A stretch of 30,939 bases of DNA, taken from positions 1 to 30,939 of IMG/VR virus record IMGVR_UViG_3300032225_000617, one strand, 5' to 3'. Source of the stretch: a virus. Lineage: Duplodnaviria > Caudoviricetes. The notes below the pieces were generated by a model, which ran no database searches, was not told where the DNA came from, and saw nothing but the letters and a program-made list of their open reading frames with translations. Every line of letters begins with the position of its first letter. Position 1 is the first letter of the stretch. Positions 18,919-25,976 of the stretch are shown in pieces. A program made the position numbers and the translations under genes.

Positions 18919-20987
18919 TTGTACTTAAAAATATCACCCTGCGTAATTTCCTATCAATAGGACAAGTAACACAAGCAGTTGACTTTAACCGACAAGATTT
19001 AACGCTTATTCTAGGTGAGAACTTAGATTTAGGTGGCGATGGTGCTCGTAATGGTACAGGTAAGACTAGTCTTATTCAAGGTCTGAGCTATGCATTGTTT
19101 GGTGTACCCATTAACTCAATTAGAAAAGATAATTTAGTTAATCGTACAAATGGAAAGGGTATGTTAGTTACACTTGAGTTTAGTGTTAACGGCATTGACT
19201 ATAAGATTGAGCGTGGTCGTAAGCCAAATCTATTGAGATTTTATGTAAACAGTGATTTACAAAAAGGCACAGACGATGCACAGGGTGAGAACAAAGAAAC
19301 ACAGATAGCAATTGAAAAAGTTCTGTGTATGTCTAGTAGCATGTTCCGCCATATCGTAGCATTGAATACATACTCAGAACCGTTCTTAGCACTTAAAGCA
19401 AACGAACAACGTGAAATTATCGAACAGTTATTGGGTATTACATTGTTATCTGAAAAAGCAGAGACAATCAAAGTAATGTTGAAGGATACTAAAGATAGTA
19501 TTCAACAAGAAGAATTCAAAGTCAAAGCCGTTGAAGAAGCCAATAAGCGAGTAAAAGAACAAATTGAAAGTTTAAAACGCAGACAGGGGCTTTGGCAAAA
19601 GAAACATGAAAGTGACCTAGCATATCTGGTTGCACAGTATGATGAACTTGGAAAGATTGATATTGATGTTGAGTTGTTGGCACACAAAGACTTAGCCATT
19701 TACAATGTCAAAAAGAAACAACAAGATACATACAACGGACTGTTAGCTAGACAAACCGCTTGGCAACAAAAGCAAGACAAAGATATTCTTGACCTAGAAA
19801 CAAGTGGTATCAAGATGAGTCATATTGATATCGTTGAAGAAATTCTAGCACATAGATCATTAACCGAATACAATATCAAATTAAAAGAACTTACTGACCG
19901 AGACAAAGAAGTTGCTAGATTAACAAAAGATTTAGACAAAGAGAGAAAGTTAGTAGCTAAACTAACCACTGAGGTTGCTACGTTACATGAACACACATGT
20001 TATGCTTGTGGTCAAGAGTTCCATGATGAACAACATTCTACAGTATTAGCTGATAAAGAACAGATGTTGATTGAATCAACTGTTCATGCTAACACATTGG
20101 AAAGACAGTTAAAAGAACAAACTGACAAAATTATTGTATTAGGTGATAAGCCCAAAACACATTATAAGACAGAAGCAGAAGCAATTCGTCATGGCAGTGA
20201 TGCAGAAAACATTCGTACAAAGATACTTGAAAAAGAAAAAGAAGTTGATCCATATAGTGAACAACTAGCAGAACTTACAGTAGTTGAAGTGGGTCCTATG
20301 CCAGTTACACATTATGATACAGAAGTACAAGCAATTGAACATCGTAGTAAGGTATCAGGGTTATTGCAACAAATTGAAAACAAAGCAGTTGAGAGTGATC
20401 CATATGCTGAACAAGTAGTTGAGATGGAGAGTAATGCGTTACAAGCAATTGACTTTGAAGCAATTAATAAATTAACAAAGACTATGGAACATCAAAAGTT
20501 TCTATTAGACATTCTAACTAGCAAAGATAGTTTTGTTCGTAAGAAAATCATTGACCAAAATCTGTCATACTTGAATAGTCGGTTGACGCATTACTTAGAT
20601 AAGATTGGTTTACCGCATCAAGTTATCTTTCAGAATGACTTGAACGTTGAGATTACAGAGTTGGGTCGTGAACTTGATTTTGACAATTTGAGCCGAGGTG
20701 AACGTAACAGATTGATTCTTGGCTTGAGTTTTGCTTTCCGTGATGTATGGGAGAACTTATATGCACCGATCAATACATTATTCATTGACGAATTGATTGA
20801 TAGTGGGCTAGACACAATGGGTGTTGAAAACGCTATTGCTATTCTCAAAGACATGTCACGTAAGAGACAAAAGTCAATTTGGTTAGTATCTCACCGTGAA
20901 GAATTAGCCGGACGAGTTCCTAGCGTATTAAAAGTAGTAAAAGAAAATGGTTTTACTACATACAACACAGCAGTTGATATAGAATAA
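18915..20987 (+). CDS. gp46: Recombination ATPase subunit (Rad50/SbcC-like)
   Basis: Walker A NGTGKTS, zinc hook CYACGQ, signature LSRGE, Walker B LFIDE, D-loop SGLD and H-loop VSH. Confidence 0.95.
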   Translation: MIVLKNITLRNFLSIGQVTQAVDFNRQDLTLILGENLDLGGDGARNGTGKTSLIQGLSYALFGVPINSIRKDNLVNRTNGKGMLVTLEFSVNGIDYKIERGRKPNLLRFYVNSDLQKGTDDAQGENKETQIAIEKVLCMSSSMFRHIVALNTYSEPFLALKANEQREIIEQLLGITLLSEKAETIKVMLKDTKDSIQQEEFKVKAVEEANKRVKEQIESLKRRQGLWQKKHESDLAYLVAQYDELGKIDIDVELLAHKDLAIYNVKKKQQDTYNGLLARQTAWQQKQDKDILDLETSGIKMSHIDIVEEILAHRSLTEYNIKLKELTDRDKEVARLTKDLDKERKLVAKLTTEVATLHEHTCYACGQEFHDEQHSTVLADKEQMLIESTVHANTLERQLKEQTDKIIVLGDKPKTHYKTEAEAIRHGSDAENIRTKILEKEKEVDPYSEQLAELTVVEVGPMPVTHYDTEVQAIEHRSKVSGLLQQIENKAVESDPYAEQVVEMESNALQAIDFEAINKLTKTMEHQKFLLDILTSKDSFVRKKIIDQNLSYLNSRLTHYLDKIGLPHQVIFQNDLNVEITELGRELDFDNLSRGERNRLILGLSFAFRDVWENLYAPINTLFIDELIDSGLDTMGVENAIAILKDMSRKRQKSIWLVSHREELAGRVPSVLKVVKENGFTTYNTAVDIE

Positions 20988-21006
20988 TTCATAGTGAGAA
21001 ATTACA

Positions 21007-21014
21007 GATAAGTA
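21007..21014 (+). promoter_or_regulatory. Candidate late promoter (GATAAGTA)
   Basis: Variant of the recurring NNTAARTA motif, 5 nt before the ATG at 21020. Confidence 0.5.
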
Positions 21015-21019
21015 GTACT

Positions 21020-21592
21020 ATGCCAAGTCCACAGAAAAACAAAGGTTCAGGATACGAAAGAGAAGTTGCAAAATTTCTATCAGAGTTATACGGAGAAAGT
21101 TTCATCCGTGCTCCTGGATCTGGCGCTTATGTGGGTGGCAAGAATCAAGCCAGAACTCAATTCTTACATGAGGGACAGATTCGTTCTTTTAAGGGCGACA
21201 TTGTTCCGGGACAGAGTTTCAGCAAAATGAATGCAGAGTGTAAGTTCTATGCAGACTTTCCTTGGCATCTGTTACTTACAGGTGAATGCAAACAACTTGA
21301 TTCGTGGCTAGAACAGCTACTTGATGTAGAAGAAACTGACGATTTAAATATTCTGTTTATGAAATTTAATCGTAAAGGTCAATATGTCGCTGTACAAGGG
21401 AAACTAACATGGAAGGCAGATAACTGCATTTTCTATAGTAGCCCAACACACGGTGATTGGGTCATCATGGAACATTCTAGCTTTTTTCAAAACAATGCAG
21501 AATTAGTAAAAACATATTCAAGCACAACAATCGACACCACGTCAACTCTTAATACAAATATAAACGAATTTCATAAACAATTAGTCGGCTGA
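21020..21592 (+). CDS. PD-(D/E)XK nuclease, Hjc-like Holliday junction resolvase
   Basis: KNKGSGYEREVA..L, R.PGSGA, GDI and AECK, followed by W.EQ and LFMKFNR. This is the layout of Hjc-like phage resolvases. Confidence 0.75.
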   Translation: MPSPQKNKGSGYEREVAKFLSELYGESFIRAPGSGAYVGGKNQARTQFLHEGQIRSFKGDIVPGQSFSKMNAECKFYADFPWHLLLTGECKQLDSWLEQLLDVEETDDLNILFMKFNRKGQYVAVQGKLTWKADNCIFYSSPTHGDWVIMEHSSFFQNNAELVKTYSSTTIDTTSTLNTNINEFHKQLVG

Positions 21593-22031
21593 GTTGTCAG
21601 TCCTCCTTGAGATTGTACAGATTGTGCTGTGCCGTCAGATTCTGGAGTATGCATGTTAGCAATAACATGGAACACCGAGAAGGCTCTCGTCAAAGCGAAC
21701 CTTCAATGAGTCTATAGCTACTCCATTTTGATGCTATAGAACATGCGTTGCAGAATGAAACACTAGAGTGCGTAATTCAACTACAGACCAACAAACCCTA
21801 CAGGGCAACCGGTGGCGAACAATAACATAAAGACGTTGATTGTTCGGGTAAAAATGGCAAGGATGACGGTCATGGCATGTCACCATTGGTAGTGCTTAAA
21901 TAGCACTACCATGGCTTCTAATCGGCATGATATATCCGATGAGTTATTAGATAAAAACAATACTTAAGAATAGATTACCGTAAAGATAAGAACGAGTGAT
22001 AACGAGTTCTTAGAAGAACGTAAGTTCTTCT
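21587..22031 (+). ncRNA. Candidate large structured ncRNA (or structured ssDNA origin element), family unrecognised
   Basis: About 480 nt with no long ORF. It holds about 10 hairpins, GNRA loops (GCAA, GTAA) and three long-range complementarities; see findings. Confidence 0.6.
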
Positions 22032-22070
22032 CCCCAAAGAAACAACAACTTGATAAATGAACCGTTCCAA

Positions 22071-22259
22071 TTAAAAGAATGGCAATTTCGTATTCTTTGT
22101 AGTTTCTAAGTTACTTTCAATAATAGCGGTTATGGCATTTCTTTCGTCATTGCTCATATTAAGGATATCTTCATAGGATGCTCCTCCCCTCATATACCAT
22201 GACATTTTAAGTGCTCCTTTTCTTATATCAGAGCACTCTTGTTCCATACCATCTATCAT
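22071..22259 (-). CDS. gp51-like baseplate/tail assembly chaperone, possibly expressed as the frameshifted extension of the upstream gene
   Basis: Short ORF (MSWYMRGGASYEDILNMSNDER) immediately downstream of the gp26-like gene. The frame stays open upstream to the slippery site. Confidence 0.6.
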   Translation of the reverse strand: MIDGMEQECSDIRKGALKMSWYMRGGASYEDILNMSNDERNAITAIIESNLETTKNTKLPFF

Positions 22260-22294
22260 TCGCTTAATCCCCTCGGAACCAAGGAGAAGAAGCC

Positions 22295-23122
22295 TTAGTC
22301 GAAAAAATCAGATATATTGATGTTTAGTGATTGTTGATGTGTGTGACTGCAATGACTACATGTAATGTCTAAAGGTTTTAGTTCTGTTGTTTTACGCAAT
22401 TCAATGTTCTTTTCTTTGATAAAGTTATGAGTATTTTTATCACATTGTTGTAGGAATTCATTTATAAATTCTTTATCAAAAACTGTTGCTTCTGGGGTTT
22501 TGATATACTCAATTGTTTCTATCAACAATTCAGTAGTGAGGTCATTAATGCTTGCTATTAATTGACTTGTTTTTGAATTCTTTAAATCAACATCTTCAAT
22601 TCTGTCTATGTCCAATAGAGTACGTTGAATCTCAAATTGCTTTTCATTTGCTTTACTAACTTCTTTATACGTCAAGGGTCTAAATTTAATTTTTAACTCA
22701 CCTATTGTCACTGGAGTGTTATAGTCACCAGGTGTAAAAGTTCCCAACAATCCTGACAGATTAACATCAAACTTACTTTCTTCCTTACATTCTGGACAAG
22801 TAGAATCAATCTCCATTAATTGACCATTAGTAGCAATTTTAATAGCAACTAATATTGGATCTAAATCAATGTTCAGTAATTCCCAGGGTCTTTTGATTGA
22901 TGGAACACAACTTTTGATGATTTCTGTTACTGCTACCCCATTGAAAAGTGCATCAGGAGTTCTGCTTGTTATCTCATCAATAGCAGACATTGGATATATT
23001 GGTAATTCTCCGCTTTCAGGGAATTCAATAGCACCTTCACTATATCCTACACCCCCGCTTGGTAGTTTCAAATATAATGCTGGGCGGCGAAAGAATTGTC
23101 GTAATGGATTATCTTGAGTCAT
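22295..23122 (-). CDS. gp26: Baseplate hub assembly protein, gp26-like
   Basis: P..YLKLPSGG, D.ILVAIKIATNG, two CxxC motifs (CPEC, CSHC), IKFRPLTY and a C-terminal DFF are features of gp26-like proteins. Confidence 0.7.
   Translation of the reverse strand: MTQDNPLRQFFRRPALYLKLPSGGVGYSEGAIEFPESGELPIYPMSAIDEITSRTPDALFNGVAVTEIIKSCVPSIKRPWELLNIDLDPILVAIKIATNGQLMEIDSTCPECKEESKFDVNLSGLLGTFTPGDYNTPVTIGELKIKFRPLTYKEVSKANEKQFEIQRTLLDIDRIEDVDLKNSKTSQLIASINDLTTELLIETIEYIKTPEATVFDKEFINEFLQQCDKNTHNFIKEKNIELRKTTELKPLDITCSHCSHTHQQSLNINISDFFD
22301..22307 (-). promoter_or_regulatory. Candidate -1 ribosomal frameshift heptamer T TTT TTC
   Basis: The sequence GAT TTT TTC GAC TAA ends the gp26-like ORF, and the -1 frame is open into 22259..22071. 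Confidence 0.65.
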
Positions 23123-23155
23123 TTGGGTTCCTAAAAAAATGGTAAGATTATGAAT

Positions 23156-23187
23156 ACTAAATACAATTAGTACCGAAAGTATTTATA
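23156..23187. promoter_or_regulatory. Face-to-face late promoter candidates: ACTAAATA (+, 23156-63) and TATAAATA (-, 23187-80)
   Basis: Located in the 75-nt spacer between the divergent gp26-like and tape-measure genes. The - strand copy is the exact T4 late consensus. Confidence 0.6.
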
Positions 23188-23197
23188 ACATAAAATT

Positions 23198-25960
23198 ATG
23201 GCTGCAAATAATTCAATGACACAAGAGCAAATGGAACAGTTTGCTCAATCGCTAGCAAGATTAGCGTCCCAAGTTGACACTACCCGTCAAGGATTCGGTC
23301 CCTTTGCCGATGCACAGCGTGAGGCAGGTGATGAGTTAAAGAACGGAATGAAGCAGGCTGCACAGCAGTTAGGTAATTCAGTTGTTAGTTTAACTAAAGC
23401 AATGGATCCACTTAGTGGGCAACAGGGTCTAGGAAAGTTTTCAGGAGCAGTTTCAGGCGCTGCCGACGCTGCAGGTACAGCGGCTCAAACAATGCTTGCG
23501 TCATTTGGGCCTTTGGGATTAGTAGTTGGTACAGTCATAAAATTATTTGGCCAGTTAGCAGGAGCTAGCTTAAAGCAAAATGATGTAATGATGAAAGCAT
23601 ACAGGGATCTGGCTGAAACAGGTTCTGTTAGTGGTAGTTTAGAAAAACTTAATACTGATTTACATAGAGTAGGATTAACATCTGGGGAAGCTGAAAAGTT
23701 TGGTCAGATGATTGGAAAAGTAACACCAGACCTTGCGGCTTTTGGTGGTAGTGTTACTGCTGGTAAAGATAAGTTTATCAAAGTATTTGAGGGAATGATT
23801 GGTGTCGGTAGCAAAACCGAAATGCAATTAAATCGTTTAGGGTACAGTACTGACACGATGCGTGAAGCAACTGCCGATTATATTGCAAGACAGTCAAGGT
23901 TAGGATTAACACAGGGTAAATCTACAGAACAACTAAGAGGTGAATCTGTAAACTACATGAAAACTCTACGTGAGTTACAAGAAGTTACAGGTATGAGTCG
24001 TGACGAAGCACAAAAGATACTAGACCAACAGCAGAAAGATGCACGTTGGGCAATGACATTACGTGAGATTGAAGCTACTCAAGGACACGAAGCTGCCGAA
24101 AGAGCAAGAATGGGTATGGCTGCGTTCTCTCAAACTTTCGGTTCAGAAGCTGCCGCTGATTTGATGGAACAAGTTGCTAATAAGGGTGCAATTGTTGGTG
24201 AAGCTAGCGCACGTAGCGAAAGAGCAACATTAGGTCAGGGGTATAAACAACTGCAAGCTGTTATTGATGGTCAAATTACATCAGGTCAAATGGTTGTTGG
24301 TGTAAGTCAAGCAGTATCGAGAAATATGGATGCGCTTGGCCCAGCTTATAAAATTTCAGGCGATGGCCTGAAAGATATGACAGGTTCTATGGGATTGGTT
24401 ACCGGAGCATATGCTAATGCTAACAAGAAGTACGAAGATGTAAACAAAACATTAGGTGATAAGACAAAGATAGCCGGTGATAGACTGCAAGAAAACGTTG
24501 AAATTGAACAAAAACAAAGAGTTATGCGTATAGCGGCTGATAAAGCTATATGGGAAATAGGTAACGTAACTGTTGGTATGTTTCAAAAGTTAAATGACAT
24601 TATGTTCAAGTTTGCTAAAACTTTAGCACAGCTAGTTGATTGGGTAAATGATAAAGTATTTGGTAAGAAAACTAACTTTGCTGACATGTTTAAAGACCAA
24701 GACGATTTTAAAAATGATTTGTCTGCGGCTAAAAATGATAAAATATTAGCCGAAAAAGAAGCCGCAGATACTAAAAAATTATATGCAGAACTTGAAAAAG
24801 ATTCGTCTGGTAAACTTTTACAACAAAAAATAGATGCCGCTAAAAAAGGTGCGGCAGAAAACTTTTACTATAGAAATGCAGATACCGGAGAAGAGGTTGG
24901 TAATCAGCAAGCGGCTGCATTGTATGAAGAAGAAGTCAAAAAATTAGAAGCAATACAAAAACAAATTAAAAAAGAAGATGGTACTATCGATCTTAAGAAA
25001 TTGCAATTAAGTAGAGAAAGTAAATTACAAGACTTAAGAGAAAAAATTGCAAATGACGAAAGAAAAATGCAAGAAGCTGAGAAAAGATTAAAAACTTTTC
25101 AAGCCGAAGGAACCGCAGGTAATGCTACATTGGATGAAGCAAGACAACAAAATGTTGGTGCGTCAAAGGGAACAGCTTTTACAACTGATGCTAAAGGTAA
25201 TCAAGTATCACAAGAAAAATTTGAACAACGTTCGGGAGCACAAGCAAACATAGCCGCACGTGCGGCTTCAGTAGATTCATCTGAAATATTAAACAAACTT
25301 AATTTTAAAAATAAATCTGAAAATACTGCAGGAGGACAAGCAGATCCTAAACTACTTGCATTAGCTGAAATGGTACAAAAAGAATTTCCAGGTGCAACAT
25401 TTACTGCATTGAATGATGCATTCCATAAAAATAATAGACCAAATAGTAAACATACTGTTGGAAAAGCACTAGATTTTGTACCCGGTCAAAGTCAAGTTCC
25501 AAAAAGTGCTGATGAAGCGGCGTTAATAAAAGAAAGATTAAAAGACTTGGGCGCTAATGTAGTTAGAGATGAATTCTTTACTGACAAAGGTGATAGCACT
25601 ACAGGTGGGCATTTTCACTTAGAAGTGGCTAGAGAGGGTGGTTTATTTAACGGTCCATCTTCAGGATACCCTGTAATGTTACACGGTAAAAATGAAAGTG
25701 CATGGCCGGAACAAAAGCTACAAGGACTACTACAAGATGTAGAGAAGTCAAGTGTTGAAAAATATAAACAAGAGTTAATGGACAAAATGGGTTTGTCAGA
25801 ATATAACAAACCTAATCAAACTTCAGCTTTAGCTAGTGGTGACTCTAGTCAATTGGAAGATTTGGTTAGTCGTATGATTAACAAATTTGATACATTGATA
25901 TCACTACAAGACAAATCTAATAATATAACCGACGAATTATTAACCTACACACGGGCTTAA
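23198..25960 (+). CDS. Tape-measure-like protein with C-terminal M15-type peptidoglycan peptidase motif
   Basis: Long Ala/Gln/Gly-rich helical body. SKHTVGKALDF (SxHxxGxAxD) and HFH zinc motifs are followed by AREGGLFNGPSSGYPVMLHGKNE. Confidence 0.7.
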   Translation: MAANNSMTQEQMEQFAQSLARLASQVDTTRQGFGPFADAQREAGDELKNGMKQAAQQLGNSVVSLTKAMDPLSGQQGLGKFSGAVSGAADAAGTAAQTMLASFGPLGLVVGTVIKLFGQLAGASLKQNDVMMKAYRDLAETGSVSGSLEKLNTDLHRVGLTSGEAEKFGQMIGKVTPDLAAFGGSVTAGKDKFIKVFEGMIGVGSKTEMQLNRLGYSTDTMREATADYIARQSRLGLTQGKSTEQLRGESVNYMKTLRELQEVTGMSRDEAQKILDQQQKDARWAMTLREIEATQGHEAAERARMGMAAFSQTFGSEAAADLMEQVANKGAIVGEASARSERATLGQGYKQLQAVIDGQITSGQMVVGVSQAVSRNMDALGPAYKISGDGLKDMTGSMGLVTGAYANANKKYEDVNKTLGDKTKIAGDRLQENVEIEQKQRVMRIAADKAIWEIGNVTVGMFQKLNDIMFKFAKTLAQLVDWVNDKVFGKKTNFADMFKDQDDFKNDLSAAKNDKILAEKEAADTKKLYAELEKDSSGKLLQQKIDAAKKGAAENFYYRNADTGEEVGNQQAAALYEEEVKKLEAIQKQIKKEDGTIDLKKLQLSRESKLQDLREKIANDERKMQEAEKRLKTFQAEGTAGNATLDEARQQNVGASKGTAFTTDAKGNQVSQEKFEQRSGAQANIAARAASVDSSEILNKLNFKNKSENTAGGQADPKLLALAEMVQKEFPGATFTALNDAFHKNNRPNSKHTVGKALDFVPGQSQVPKSADEAALIKERLKDLGANVVRDEFFTDKGDSTTGGHFHLEVAREGGLFNGPSSGYPVMLHGKNESAWPEQKLQGLLQDVEKSSVEKYKQELMDKMGLSEYNKPNQTSALASGDSSQLEDLVSRMINKFDTLISLQDKSNNITDELLTYTRA

Positions 25961-25961
25961 T

Positions 25962-25969
25962 GATAAATA
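25962..25969 (+). promoter_or_regulatory. Candidate late promoter (GATAAATA) for the portal gene
   Basis: Lies in the 16-nt spacer, 7 nt before the portal ATG. Confidence 0.65.
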
Positions 25970-25976
25970 TATAACT

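Noticed and set aside
21649-21717. 22-codon ORF MHVSNNMEHREGSRQSEPSMSL
   Set aside because: Too short and embedded in stems, with no independent coding evidence.
21593-22070. tRNA, tmRNA, RNase P RNA, group I intron or CRISPR array as the identity of the non-coding element
   Set aside because: I saw no cloverleaf/T-loop with CCA end, no GAGGAAAGTCC core, no convincing P7 pair or interrupted host gene, and no repeat-spacer periodicity. This was judged by eye only; a covariance-model search is still needed.
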